Made by a program: the position numbers and the translations under genes
DNA from: an uncultured Vicinamibacteraceae bacterium
GTDB lineage: Bacteria; Acidobacteriota; Vicinamibacteria; Vicinamibacterales; UBA8438
Assembly: GCA_964646815.1 (NCBI GenBank)
Contig: CAZYFH010000008.1
Location: 8,675 to 72,674, forward strand
DNA length: 64,000 nt
Direction of reading: 5' to 3'
Shown here: in pieces, positions 10,030-19,615 of the stretch
Numbering within the stretch: the first letter of the stretch is position 1
Layout: every line of letters starts with the position of its first letter
The notes under the pieces: model-generated
Database searches by the model: none
What the model was told of the DNA's origin: nothing
The model's input: the letters and a program-made list of their open reading frames with translations, nothing else

Positions 10030-10221
10030 CTACGGTCGTCTCCCGGTGCGGTGTCCGCGAGCATCCTTTGCCCGCTCGCGTCCACCACGTTGCGGTAGCC
10101 GATGGGGGTAACGGACGGCCAGAGGTCCTGCTGAGCCTTTTCCGTCATTCCCTTCCGGGTCTCCTCCGAGAGGTTGTCGATGTAGTTCTTGACCATCAAC
10201 ACCTTGATGCCGTGTATGGGC
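10030..10221 (-). pseudogene. Serine recombinase (resolvase/large serine recombinase family) internal fragment
   Basis: The translation SPIHGIKVLMVKNYIDNLSEETRKGMTEKAQQDLWPSVTPIGYRNV matches the conserved ...HGIKVLMAKNYIDNLSEE..KG...A..G.WP...P.GY block. A stop lies immediately upstream, there is no catalytic N-terminal domain, and the C-terminal part has degenerated. Confidence 0.6.
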
Positions 10222-10300
10222 GATAGGCGCTACTAGACCCTCTTGTCAACATAACGCTCGTTCTTCGACCCCGACGCTAGACGCCTCACGCCCCGCTTGA

Positions 10301-10706
10301 GTCTTCGACAACGACATCGTAATCGCGCTCGCGCTGTATGGCGTCGAGTTTTTTGCGGACAAGATCCCGTGGGTCGACTTGCTCTGGGATGCGGTCCACA
10401 CGCCGATCCGACCGCTGGGCGGCGCCGTCATCACGGTGATGGCGCTGGGGGCGAGGCGACCACGAGCAGCGGGGGGGTGATGGCCCATGTCGGCGGGGCG
10501 GTAGCGCCGGCGCGCACCTGACGAAGGCGATCACCCGCGCCGCCGTGAACAGGAAGCCGGAGTCGGCGTCGAACTGGGTGCTGAGCTTCGCCGAAGACGG
10601 GTTCGTCATCGGGCTGGGCATCCTGACGCTGAGCGACCCGGTGGCCGCGCTCGTCGTCGCCAGCGTCCTGTTTCTGCTGATTCTGCTCTTCCTCGGTGCC
10701 ATCTGA
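10301..10706 (+). pseudogene. DUF4126 membrane protein, N-terminally truncated with two frameshifts
   Basis: Frame 1 reads IALALYGVEFFADKIPWVDLLWDAVHTPIRPLGGAVITVMALG, which contains the DUF4126 hallmark E.FADKIPWVD. Frame 2 reads VMAHVGGAVAPA. Frame 3 reads HLTKAITRAAVNRKPESASNWVLSFAEDGFVIGLGILTL...LFLGAI*. The first shift is at a G7 run (~10471-10477). Confidence 0.6.
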
Positions 10707-10751
10707 CGCTCCCGCGCCCGCCTGGCGCTGGCTGGCTGCTCGCCGCACGGC

Positions 10752-10780
10752 GCCCGCCTGGACCCGCCAGACAGGCGGGC
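10752..10780. terminator. GC-rich hairpin between convergent DUF4126 remnant and frdD
   Basis: GCCCGCCTG-(11 nt)-CAGGCGGGC forms a perfect 9-bp stem. No U-tract. Confidence 0.3.
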
Positions 10781-10862
10781 AGAGACGTCCGACCGGAGAC
10801 ATCAACCCTCCCGTCGATGATTCTGACGACGCGTAGCCTGAAGGGGGGAGATGCTTCGCCGA

Positions 10863-11225
10863 TCACATCGCGAGGAACAGCAGGTAGGCGGCGACAACCG
10901 AGCCAGTAAACGCCCCGCCGTAGGTGCCGACGAGGATTATCCCATTCAGATGCCTGATCTGTGCACCATCGTACAGCGTATAGCGGAATCGGTGAGCCGC
11001 GTGAAACAGCGATAGGACACAGAGGACGAGCAGGTAAAGACGTGTCACCGGAGATTTGAGCAATCCGAGGAGGCTGTCATAACCTGGAGCTTCGATCCAG
11101 CCTAGAGGAAAGGCCAGACCGAAGAGGAACACATGCACGGGTAGGAGGAACGCAGCTGTGACCCCTCCCGCGCTGAAGAGCGTCCAGAAGAAAGCCACGT
11201 AGGATTTCTTCGCCATTCTAGCCAC
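10863..11225 (-). CDS. frdD: Fumarate reductase membrane anchor subunit D
   Basis: 120 aa with three hydrophobic segments. The FFWTLFSAGGV motif parallels E. coli FrdD (FWGLFGAGGM). Last gene of an A-B-C-D order, overlapping frdC. Confidence 0.7.
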   Translation of the reverse strand: MARMAKKSYVAFFWTLFSAGGVTAAFLLPVHVFLFGLAFPLGWIEAPGYDSLLGLLKSPVTRLYLLVLCVLSLFHAAHRFRYTLYDGAQIRHLNGIILVGTYGGAFTGSVVAAYLLFLAM

Positions 11226-11634
11226 CGAGGACGAACCAGGCGACGACGCCCGATAACACGACCCACGCCACGTAGTGAGGCGCGATGATCAGTGGATCGG
11301 GAACGCGCTTTCCACCCACTCGAAGGATCAGCGCTCGGGCCGTGATGTGGAACCAGGTGAAAGTGTGGAGGAGGAGGAAAAGTAAGGCGACGATGTTCAC
11401 GAGAACGACGAGGGGATGCGTCATGAACTCCTGAAATGCCGCGTGCTCAGCCCTTCCCTGACCCAACGCGTGAACTTGCATTAGCGTGATCACAATGAAG
11501 TACGCCACGAACACACTGCTCAGTTCCCGCAGCATGAACTTCGCGTGAGACCATTGTAAAAGCCACCAGTAAGGAGATACACGCGTACGGTACCACTGCG
11601 GGTGAAACTCCTGGTATGCCGGATTACTCTTCAT
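11218..11634 (-). CDS. frdC: Fumarate reductase membrane anchor subunit C
   Basis: ATG at 11634 overlaps the frdB stop (ATGA). [14 protein letters not shown]...LRELSSVF...[14 protein letters not shown] parallels E. coli FrdC (WWKKLPFYRFYMLREGTAV...LLHTKTWFELAPKA). Confidence 0.7.
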   Translation of the reverse strand: MKSNPAYQEFHPQWYRTRVSPYWWLLQWSHAKFMLRELSSVFVAYFIVITLMQVHALGQGRAEHAAFQEFMTHPLVVLVNIVALLFLLLHTFTWFHITARALILRVGGKRVPDPLIIAPHYVAWVVLSGVVAWFVLGG

Positions 11635-12374
11635 TCCGCGCCCCGGGGCATGATGAAGGATTGGAACCAGTCCACTGTCGCGGTCAATTTGTATTGTTGG
11701 ATGGCCCGCGCGGGGTCGACATTCTTCGGGCACACTTTGGTGCACTCGCCAACGAACGTGCAGCCCCAGACTCCATCGTGGTCTGAGAGCACGTCAAGGC
11801 GCTCCCGCGATCCCTGATCCCGTGAATCCATGTTGTAGCGCTGAGCGAGGGCGATCGCCGCCGGCCCGGTGAAATTTGAATCCAGTCCGTAGACAGGACA
11901 CGCGGAATAGCACAGCATGCAGTTGATGCACATGCTGAACTGTTTGTAGGCGTCCAGTTGCGCTGGGCTCTGAAGATACTCTCCTGCTGACACGGGTTTT
12001 TCGTCTCTTGGGATGATCCACGGCTTGACACTTTTGAGTTTTCCCATGAAATCGGTCATGTCGATCGTGAGATCGCGAATGATCGGGAAGTAACGGAGCG
12101 GTTCGATGCGGACGGGGCCTGGCGCGTAATCGGACACGAACGTCGCACACGTCAGCTTGGGTTCCCCGTTGACCATCATGCCGCAACTGCCGCAGATTCC
12201 CATCCGACAGGACCATCGGAACGACAGCGATCCGTCGATCTTGTCCTTGATGTAGTTCAGGGCGTCGAGGAGAACCCACTCATCGCTGAATGGAACCTCG
12301 TACTCTTGAATCGTCGGTTCCGTTTCCTGCTCGGGCCGGTACCGCGTGACATGGAGGACGACCTTGTCTGTCAT
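11631..12374 (-). CDS. frdB: Succinate dehydrogenase/fumarate reductase iron-sulfur subunit
   Basis: Cys clusters typical of the 2Fe-2S, 4Fe-4S and 3Fe-4S centres: [39 protein letters not shown]. Confidence 0.9.
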   Translation of the reverse strand: MTDKVVLHVTRYRPEQETEPTIQEYEVPFSDEWVLLDALNYIKDKIDGSLSFRWSCRMGICGSCGMMVNGEPKLTCATFVSDYAPGPVRIEPLRYFPIIRDLTIDMTDFMGKLKSVKPWIIPRDEKPVSAGEYLQSPAQLDAYKQFSMCINCMLCYSACPVYGLDSNFTGPAAIALAQRYNMDSRDQGSRERLDVLSDHDGVWGCTFVGECTKVCPKNVDPARAIQQYKLTATVDWFQSFIMPRGAE

Positions 12375-12380
12375 GCGCGC

Positions 12381-14129
12381 CTACTTTCCATAGACTCGTT
12401 CCGAAGGCGGCCAACGGGTGATGGTCACCGGGAGGTACTCAATTCGGGACGAGCCATCTTCATTTCGGTAGAAGAGCGAATGCGCGAGGAAATCAGCGTC
12501 GTTCCGGTCGGGGAAATCGGTCCGTTGGTGAGCTCCACGGGATTCGGTTCGATTTAAGCCGCACCGGACGATCGCAGCAGCCACGTCGAGCATGTATGCA
12601 AGCTCGAGTGCTGAGGTCAATTCAGTGTTGAAGGTCCGGCTATCGTCTTCGATCAGGACGTTGCGGAAGCGATCTTGGAGTTCTCGGATCTTGTCCGTCG
12701 ATTTCTTGAGCGCCTCGCGGTTTCTGTAGATGCCCGCGCCCTCCTCCATAGCGGCCTGCATTTCTTGCCTGATCGTCGCGATCCGTTCGGTGCCACCCGT
12801 CTTTCGTAGATACTGCTCTTCCAGGCGACGGCGTTCGTCGTTGGCCTGAGCCACAATGTGCTTCGAGGGCTCCTTCTGATCCGAAGCGAAGGCCGCCGCC
12901 GCCTTCCCTGCGCGGGCTCCGAACACGAGCAGCTCTGGTAGAGAATTCGATCCAAGGCGATTCGCCCCGTTGATGCTGACGCAGGCGACCTCGCCGGCGG
13001 CAAACAAGCCGGCGATCGGGGTTGCACCGTCCTTGTCCGTATGAACGCCTCCCATGCAGTAATGAACGACAGGTCGGACGGGAATCATCTCTCGGACGGG
13101 ATCGATGTTCTGGTACTTGATGCAGAGCTCCCGGACGAACGGGATCCTGGCGTCGATCTTCTTTTCTCCTAGATGCCGGAGATCGAGATTGACGACGTGA
13201 CCGTGCGGACCTTCGATCGTGCGTCCTTGTGCCTGTTCCTTGACGAAGGCCTGCGACAGGCGGTCCCGTGGACCCAGTTCCATCGAGCGCAGCACAGGTT
13301 CGCGCTCGGGTGTGCCCAGATCGTAATCCTGCAGATAACGATATTCGTCCTTATTCACTAGATAACCGCCCTCCGCTCTCGCGGCTTCCGTGATTAGGAT
13401 GCCGGTGAACGGAAGGCCGGTCGGATGGTACTGGACGAACTCCATGTCCTTCAGAGGCGCACCGGCCCAGAGTGCCAACGCCATTCCGTCGCCGTTCTTG
13501 ATGTTGGCGTTCGTGGTGAACGGAAACACTTTGCCGCAGCCGCCGGTGCAGAGGATTACCGCCTTCGCGGTGATCGCCACGATCTTCCCGGACATCAGTT
13601 CCAAGGCCACCACGCCTTGCACTCGGCCATCGTCGACGAGCAATTTGGTGACGAACCACTCGTCATACCGGACGATGGGGTCGTACTTGAGCGATGTCTG
13701 GAACAACGTGTGGAGCATGTGGAAGCCGGTCTTGTCCGATGCAAACCAGGTCCGCTTCTTCTTCATGCCGCCAAACGGCCGTACCGCGATTCGTCCGTCC
13801 GGCGTCCGGCTCCACGGACAGCCCCAGTGCTCCATCTGCAGTAGTTCTTTGGGAGCTTCGTCTACAAACAGTTCGACCGCGTCTTGGTCGCATAGCCAGT
13901 CGCCCCCGGAAACGGTGTCGTAGGCGTGTTCATCGAGGCTGTCGTCCTGTGCGACCGCACCCGCGGCACCACCCTCCGCCGAAACCGTGTGGCTCCGCAT
14001 CGGATAGACCTTCGAGACCACGGCAACGCTGAGTTCGGGTTTGGACTCCGCTACGGTAATAGCCGCGCGAAGACCTGCACCGCCACCACCAACAAGGAGA
14101 ACATCGTGAGAGAAGACGTCCACTACCAC
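12381..14129 (-). CDS. frdA: Succinate dehydrogenase/fumarate reductase flavoprotein subunit
   Basis: The FAD-binding site contains [10 protein letters not shown]. Also has [10 protein letters not shown] (covalent-FAD His region) and HYCMGG. 582 aa. The start could be the GTG at 14123, after GAGG. Confidence 0.9.
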   Translation of the reverse strand: MVVDVFSHDVLLVGGGGAGLRAAITVAESKPELSVAVVSKVYPMRSHTVSAEGGAAGAVAQDDSLDEHAYDTVSGGDWLCDQDAVELFVDEAPKELLQMEHWGCPWSRTPDGRIAVRPFGGMKKKRTWFASDKTGFHMLHTLFQTSLKYDPIVRYDEWFVTKLLVDDGRVQGVVALELMSGKIVAITAKAVILCTGGCGKVFPFTTNANIKNGDGMALALWAGAPLKDMEFVQYHPTGLPFTGILITEAARAEGGYLVNKDEYRYLQDYDLGTPEREPVLRSMELGPRDRLSQAFVKEQAQGRTIEGPHGHVVNLDLRHLGEKKIDARIPFVRELCIKYQNIDPVREMIPVRPVVHYCMGGVHTDKDGATPIAGLFAAGEVACVSINGANRLGSNSLPELLVFGARAGKAAAAFASDQKEPSKHIVAQANDERRRLEEQYLRKTGGTERIATIRQEMQAAMEEGAGIYRNREALKKSTDKIRELQDRFRNVLIEDDSRTFNTELTSALELAYMLDVAAAIVRCGLNRTESRGAHQRTDFPDRNDADFLAHSLFYRNEDGSSRIEYLPVTITRWPPSERVYGK

Positions 14130-14239
14130 CTCGAGTAACGTGTACGGCGAAGAATCGTGACGGAAACGGTCAAGACCTTACCTAACGCGTCTTCGTCAAT
14201 TAGTCCACGGAGACCTATCAAATGCTGAGCGAGATTTGG

Positions 14240-14374
14240 CTAATGCGCGGCAAGGAGTTCGTCGACGAGCGTGTTGCCGTTGTGATGAACCACTGTTCGG
14301 TCGACGCTGCCGTCGTGGTACTCGTGACAAGTAATGGCGCACCCGCAAGCGTAGCACTCATATTCGGTGACCAT
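14240..14374 (-). CDS. Possible small Cys/His-rich protein (44 aa) upstream of frdA
   Basis: ATG is preceded by GAGGAAATC. Sequence is MVTEYECYACGCAITCHEYHDGSVDRTVVHHNGNTLVDELLAAH. No homology recognised and coding status is uncertain. Confidence 0.25.
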   Translation of the reverse strand: MVTEYECYACGCAITCHEYHDGSVDRTVVHHNGNTLVDELLAAH

Positions 14375-14876
14375 GATTTCCTCGTCTCGGTCCTCGTAGC
14401 GCTCGCCGTCCATGGTATTGCCGCACGCGGCACTTTGGTTCTTGAAGGCGGGCGCTGGATCCATCGCTCTGCCAGAGCGATTGTTCGACCTTCTGCCTTT
14501 ACCGCCGATCCTGGCGTCTCTTGGTCGACCGCTCCCGGGTAGTTGGCCGCCACGTCGAAGTCTCAAGGAATCTACGAGACACGATACTAGCACTGGGGAC
14601 GAACGTGGGGCTAGGCGATCCCAATCTCGGAGCTAGGATCGAGCCATGTGTTACGGGAGCGGTACTCGTGCATGAGAGCGGTGAGGGCTCTGGGTTCTCC
14701 GATCCGATCTGGGGGATATCCGAATATGCCTTTCATGAAGGCAATCACGCCGCCGAACTTGCTGTTCCGGTCCAGGGCGAAAGATGCTAGATGGCACAGT
14801 CGACTCGAGTCGGAGCGTTTCATTCACGTCCGTACGGAACGTGGCCCTCGCCTTCGGCATCGCGCTGCCTCATCGC

Positions 14877-14904
14877 TTGACACTCACCTCGCCCTGGCGA
14901 TAAT
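14877..14904 (+). promoter_or_regulatory. Sigma70-type promoter for the cytochrome c / PQQ operon
   Basis: TTGACA, a 16-nt spacer, then GATAAT, ending about 30 nt upstream of the ATG at 14935. AGGA lies ~10 nt before the start. Confidence 0.45.
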
Positions 14905-14934
14905 CGCCCCGATGCAGCGCAGGACTGCGAGTTC

Positions 14935-15810
14935 ATGCTGACTCGCCACATCACCGCCGTTGCCGCGGTCGCCGTCATAATCGCGACTGGCACCGCCATC
15001 GCGCGCGGGGCCGGTCGTTCCACTGGTCCCGCTTCGGAAGGGCAGCAAGGCCGCCGCCAGCGGATCTATCCGGCGCTGCAGCGTCCACCCGGTGATCCCG
15101 CCGTGATCGCGCGCGGTCGGGGACTGTACGATCTCAACTGCCGTGCCTGCCACGGCGCCGATTTGCGCGGCGGGGATCTTGGTGGGCCCAATCTGCTGCG
15201 GTCGCAGCTCGTGCTCGGCGACCGGCAAGGTGAGTCGATGTGGCCGGTCATGCGGGACGGGCAGTCGTCGCCGGGCGAAGAATCGATGCCGCCGCAGCCG
15301 TTGACCGAGGACGATGGGCGCGCGGTTGCGGAGTTCATCCACAGCATCCTCGCCTCGGCCACGCCGCAGGGCGGGCCGCCGCGGGGTGATCGCGTGGAGC
15401 TGAACGTACTGGTGGGGGACGCGGCGGCGGGCGAGGTCTACTTCGCCGCGACCTGCGCGGCCTGTCACTCGGCCGGTGGGGACCTGCAGGGGATCGCCAC
15501 CCGGATCCCGGATGCGAAGCAATTGCAGAACACCTGGGTCCGCGGCGGCGCGCGGGCCGCCACTCGACCGCCAGTCCTGGTGACGGTGACCGAGCCGTCC
15601 GGCGAGCGCGTGGAAGGCCGGCTCGATCGGCTGGACGACTTCATCGTTGTGCTCACGACGCCTGATGGCCGACATCGGTCGTTCAGCCGGCGTGGCGGCG
15701 TGCCCGCGGTGGAGGTCGATGATCCGATGTCGCGCCACACCGAGCTGCTCACCGAGTACAGCGACGCGAACATCCACGACGTCACGGCGTATCTGGCCAC
15801 GCTCAAATGA
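14935..15810 (+). CDS. Diheme c-type cytochrome, secreted
   Basis: Signal-like N-terminus and two CxxCH sites (CRACH, CAACH). The stop overlaps the start of the next gene (ATGA). Confidence 0.75.
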   Translation: MLTRHITAVAAVAVIIATGTAIARGAGRSTGPASEGQQGRRQRIYPALQRPPGDPAVIARGRGLYDLNCRACHGADLRGGDLGGPNLLRSQLVLGDRQGESMWPVMRDGQSSPGEESMPPQPLTEDDGRAVAEFIHSILASATPQGGPPRGDRVELNVLVGDAAAGEVYFAATCAACHSAGGDLQGIATRIPDAKQLQNTWVRGGARAATRPPVLVTVTEPSGERVEGRLDRLDDFIVVLTTPDGRHRSFSRRGGVPAVEVDDPMSRHTELLTEYSDANIHDVTAYLATLK

Positions 15811-17510
15811 CACGCACAAACGTCGTGCTCATCGCGTCGTTGTTAGGCGGGATTGGGGGGCTGGGTGCAGTTGTCGCGCCCGCTGTGCTCGCCGGGCAGG
15901 AGCGGGGTAGCGTCGATCCGGCCTCGCTTCTGGAGCCGCTGAAAGATTCGTGGCCCACCTACTCCGGTGACTACACCGGCCGGCGCTACAGCGGCCTCGC
16001 AGAGGTCACCACCGAGACGGTGACGCGCCTCTCGCTAGCCTGGACCAGGCAGTTGGACACCGGCATGCCGAGGCTCGACGACAGCGCGGGCAGGCGCGGC
16101 GAGACTCCCACGTTCGTCGGTGGAAGAGGGACCGGCGAGTTCACGATCGGTAGCCAGCGTATCAAGGGCAGTATCCTGCAGGTCGGCGATCTGCTATATG
16201 CGACGGCACCGGACCACGTGTGGGCGCTCGACGCCCGCGACGGCGGGGTACGCTGGCACTACTTCTGGAAGACGCGGGGAGGCCCCCACATCGGGAACCG
16301 CGGCGCGGCCTTGTGGCACGACTATCTCTTCTTTGAGACCCCCGACAACTACCTCGTCTCCCTCGACGCGCGGACCGGCGAGGAGCGATGGCACACCGAG
16401 ATCGCGAGCTTCGACGAGCAGTACTTCTCCACGATGTCGCCCATCGTGATCGGCAATCACGTGCTGGCCGGAACGGGCAACGACCTCGACGCACCGGGGT
16501 TCCTGCAGTCGTTCGATCCGGAAACAGGCGAGCGGCAGTGGCGGTTTTACACGGTCCCGATGAGTCCGGGTGACCCAGGCCTCGATACCTGGCCCAACCT
16601 GGACGCGGCACGCCATGGCGGCGGGCAGGTCTGGGTCCCCGGCGTCTACGATCCCGATACCAACTACTACATCTTCGGCACGGGCAACCCGACGCCCGGG
16701 TACACGGGTGTGGCCCGACCGGGCGACAACCTGTTCACCTGCACCCTCATGGCCGTCGATGTCGATACGGGTGAGATGGGGTGGTACTTCCAGACTTCGC
16801 CTCACGATACGCATGACTGGGACTCCGCACAGACGCCGGTCCTGATTGACGGGATCGTGAACGGCGAGCCTCGCAAGCTCGTGTCGACCGCGGCGCGAAA
16901 CGGCTACTTCTTCACCGTCGATCGCGTGACCGGCGCACACATCGCGACGAGTCGATACGGGGCCACCTCGAACTGGGCCAGCCACATCCGAGACAGCGGG
17001 TCTCCCAATCCCGATCCCGACAAAGAGGCGATCATTCCCGGTGCGCTCGTCTCTCCAGTCGAAGGAGGCGTCGCGAACTGGCAGCCGCCAGCGTTCAACC
17101 CCGACACGGGGCTCTTCTACACGCAGGAGAACAACGGGTTCAATCTTCTGTATCTGACCGACCCAGATCCGCGCGGCTCGATGGGACTGGGGGGCAAGGA
17201 TCGGGTGCCGGTCGGCTCTGGCGGAAACGCCTTTTCGGCGATCGACTACCGGACCGGTCGAACGGTCTGGCGGCATCCGTGGCCACCCGGGGGCGGCGGC
17301 GGAGCCGGCGTGCTAACGACCGCGGGTGGCGTCGTCTTCACCGGCGACGGTAGCGGGAATTTCGTGGCGTTCGACGCGGCGGATGGCCGTCTCGTCTGGC
17401 ACACGCGGATCGGCAATATCTCGAACGCGCCGGAGACGTATCTGCTCGATGGGCGCCAGCACGTCCTGGTGGCCGTCGGTGACCGCCTGTTCGCGTTCGT
17501 GCTGTACTGA
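15807..17510 (+). CDS. PQQ-dependent dehydrogenase, methanol/ethanol-family-like quinoprotein
   Basis: The N-terminal DSWPTYSGDYTGRRYSGL...LAW block and repeated propeller W motifs match the family. No vicinal Cys-Cys pair is seen. Translationally coupled to the cytochrome c gene. Confidence 0.8.
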   Translation: MTRTNVVLIASLLGGIGGLGAVVAPAVLAGQERGSVDPASLLEPLKDSWPTYSGDYTGRRYSGLAEVTTETVTRLSLAWTRQLDTGMPRLDDSAGRRGETPTFVGGRGTGEFTIGSQRIKGSILQVGDLLYATAPDHVWALDARDGGVRWHYFWKTRGGPHIGNRGAALWHDYLFFETPDNYLVSLDARTGEERWHTEIASFDEQYFSTMSPIVIGNHVLAGTGNDLDAPGFLQSFDPETGERQWRFYTVPMSPGDPGLDTWPNLDAARHGGGQVWVPGVYDPDTNYYIFGTGNPTPGYTGVARPGDNLFTCTLMAVDVDTGEMGWYFQTSPHDTHDWDSAQTPVLIDGIVNGEPRKLVSTAARNGYFFTVDRVTGAHIATSRYGATSNWASHIRDSGSPNPDPDKEAIIPGALVSPVEGGVANWQPPAFNPDTGLFYTQENNGFNLLYLTDPDPRGSMGLGGKDRVPVGSGGNAFSAIDYRTGRTVWRHPWPPGGGGGAGVLTTAGGVVFTGDGSGNFVAFDAADGRLVWHTRIGNISNAPETYLLDGRQHVLVAVGDRLFAFVLY

Positions 17511-17560
17511 TCCGGACGAGCTACCGCACGGAGCGGTCGATAGGACGGCGAGGAACGACC

Positions 17561-19609
17561 ATGCAACGGACTGGTATGTGGATGCTGGAGATGGCCGCCG
17601 TGATCGGGCTGGCGGCGGGCCCTGTGGACGCGCAGCATGGCGCTGCCAACGGCGAATGGCGGAGCCACGGCGGTGATCTCGGCGGCACGAAGTACTCGCC
17701 GCTCGATCAGATCACGGCTGAGAATTTCAGCGACCTCGAGGTCGCGTGGCACTGGCAAACGGTCGACACGCATCTCGCGCGTGTGACCGGCGCCGGGATC
17801 GCGCTCGTGCCCGCGGACACGCTGTTCGATCTGCTCGAGGCCGAGGAACCGGATCGCTGGTCTTCGTGGGACGGAGTCACGCGGTCGCGTACGCGCCCGT
17901 CCATCCGCGCGATGGTCGCCACGCCGCTGATGGTCGACGGCGTATTGTTTCTCAGTACCGCCCTCTATCGCGCCGCGGCGATCGACGCCCGGACCGGCGA
18001 GACGTTGTGGGTGTACGACCCCCGAGCCTACGAGTCTGGTACGCCGCCCCCGCTGCCCTGGCGACATCGGGGGGTGGCGTACTGGGAGAACGACGGCGAC
18101 GCGCGGGTGGTGTGGGGCACCGGGGACGGCTTTCTCATCGCCGTTGATGCAGAGACGGGCTTGCCGGCCGAGGACTTCGGGGAGCACGGGCGCGTCGACC
18201 TCACTCAGGGGCTGCCGCGGGCCACGCGCGGCGAGCGCGACATCGTGAATCTGGTGAAGCTGTCGTCACAATCGCCCCCGATCGTCGTTCGAGACACCGT
18301 CATCGTCGGCTCGTCGATCAACGATCGCGTGTTGACGAAGGAGATGCCGCCGGGGTGGGCGCGAGCCTTCGACGTGCGGACCGGGCGGCACAAATGGGAC
18401 TTTCACACCGTGCCGCAGAGTGCCGACGAATTCGGTTCGGATACGTGGCTTGAGGAGGCGTGGCGCTACTCGGGCAACACGAACATATGGTCGATCATGA
18501 GCGGTGACGAGGAACTGGGTTTCGTCTACCTGCCCGTCGGCACACCGACCAATGACTACTACGGCGGGCATCGGCTCGGGGATAATCTCTTTGCCGAGAG
18601 TCTGGTGGCGGTCGATGTCGAGACCGGCCAACGACAGTGGCACTTTCAGATGGTGCACCACGGGTTGTGGGACTACGACAACCCGGCGGCGCCGAACCTG
18701 CTCGACATCACCATTGATGGTCGTCCGGTGAAGGCGGTTGCGCAGGTCACCAAGCAGGGGTTCGTCTACGCCTTCGACCGTGTGACGGGAGAGCCGATCT
18801 GGCCGATCGAGGAACGGCCGGTCGCGACCGACACCGATCTGGTGGGCGAGGTCGTGTCGCCGACGCAGCCGTTCCCCTCCAGGCCGGAGCCGTTTGAGTA
18901 TCAAGGGACATCGATCGACGACCTCGTCGACTTCACGCCCGAGATCCGCCAGATGGCGGTCGAGGCGGTCGAGGGGTTTCGCCTGGGGCCGCTCTACACG
19001 CCGCAGATGCTCGGTGGCACGGTGATGCGACCTTCCGTCGGCGGCGGCGCGAACTGGTCGGGCGCGGCCGTCGACCCGGAGACCGGGTATCTCTACGTGC
19101 CTTCCGCCAACCGGCACTCGACCATCCGACTGTCCGAGCCGGAGCCCGACGAGCCCGCCACCATTCGCTACGTGCGGCGGTCGCTGTCAGCCGGTCCCGT
19201 CATGCCGCGAGGACTGCCGCTCTGGAAGCCGCCCTACACACGGATGACAGCGATCGACATGACAACCGGCGAGCACGCGTGGATGAGACCCACGGGGAAC
19301 GGCGACCGAATACGCAACCATCCGATGTTGCGCGACCTCGATCTTCCTCCCGTCGGGGGTGACGCGGGCAGCAGCGGGCCGCTGCTGACCAGAACACTGC
19401 TTATCCACGCGCTGGCGGCCGGAGGCTCGAACGGGGGACCGCGGTTGGTGGCATATGACAAGGCCACCGGGGCGGAACGTGCCTCGCTCGACCTGCCGGG
19501 GGGTGCGCTCGGTGCGCCGATGACTTACTTGCTCGACGACCGGCAGTACATCGCGATCACGGTGGGCGGCGAGGTGCCCGGGCTCGTCGCGCTCACCCTG
19601 CCAGAGTGA
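17561..19609 (+). CDS. PQQ-dependent dehydrogenase (quinoprotein), paralog of 4332..6473
   Basis: Signal peptide, GEWRSHGGDLGGTKYSPLDQI...LEVAWHW, and propeller repeats throughout. 682 aa. Confidence 0.8.
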   Translation: MQRTGMWMLEMAAVIGLAAGPVDAQHGAANGEWRSHGGDLGGTKYSPLDQITAENFSDLEVAWHWQTVDTHLARVTGAGIALVPADTLFDLLEAEEPDRWSSWDGVTRSRTRPSIRAMVATPLMVDGVLFLSTALYRAAAIDARTGETLWVYDPRAYESGTPPPLPWRHRGVAYWENDGDARVVWGTGDGFLIAVDAETGLPAEDFGEHGRVDLTQGLPRATRGERDIVNLVKLSSQSPPIVVRDTVIVGSSINDRVLTKEMPPGWARAFDVRTGRHKWDFHTVPQSADEFGSDTWLEEAWRYSGNTNIWSIMSGDEELGFVYLPVGTPTNDYYGGHRLGDNLFAESLVAVDVETGQRQWHFQMVHHGLWDYDNPAAPNLLDITIDGRPVKAVAQVTKQGFVYAFDRVTGEPIWPIEERPVATDTDLVGEVVSPTQPFPSRPEPFEYQGTSIDDLVDFTPEIRQMAVEAVEGFRLGPLYTPQMLGGTVMRPSVGGGANWSGAAVDPETGYLYVPSANRHSTIRLSEPEPDEPATIRYVRRSLSAGPVMPRGLPLWKPPYTRMTAIDMTTGEHAWMRPTGNGDRIRNHPMLRDLDLPPVGGDAGSSGPLLTRTLLIHALAAGGSNGGPRLVAYDKATGAERASLDLPGGALGAPMTYLLDDRQYIAITVGGEVPGLVALTLPE

Positions 19610-19615
19610 GGGGCG

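Noticed and set aside
10286-10400. The minus-strand translation ...DPRDLVRKKLDAIQRERDYDVVVED looked like the N-terminal resolvase domain belonging to the nearby recombinase fragment.
   Set aside because: The same nucleotides on the plus strand encode the highly specific DUF4126 motif VEFFADKIPWVDLLWD. The resolvase-like string is its antisense shadow, and no catalytic Ser region is present.
14611-14823. A 70-aa minus-strand ORF (MKRSDSSRLCHLASFALDRNSKFGGVIAFMKGIFGYPPDRIGEPRALTALMHEYRS...) as a real gene.
   Set aside because: No recognisable family, no clear RBS, and it lies in a lower-GC intergenic region. There is insufficient support to list it as a CDS, so it is mentioned only within the control-region finding.
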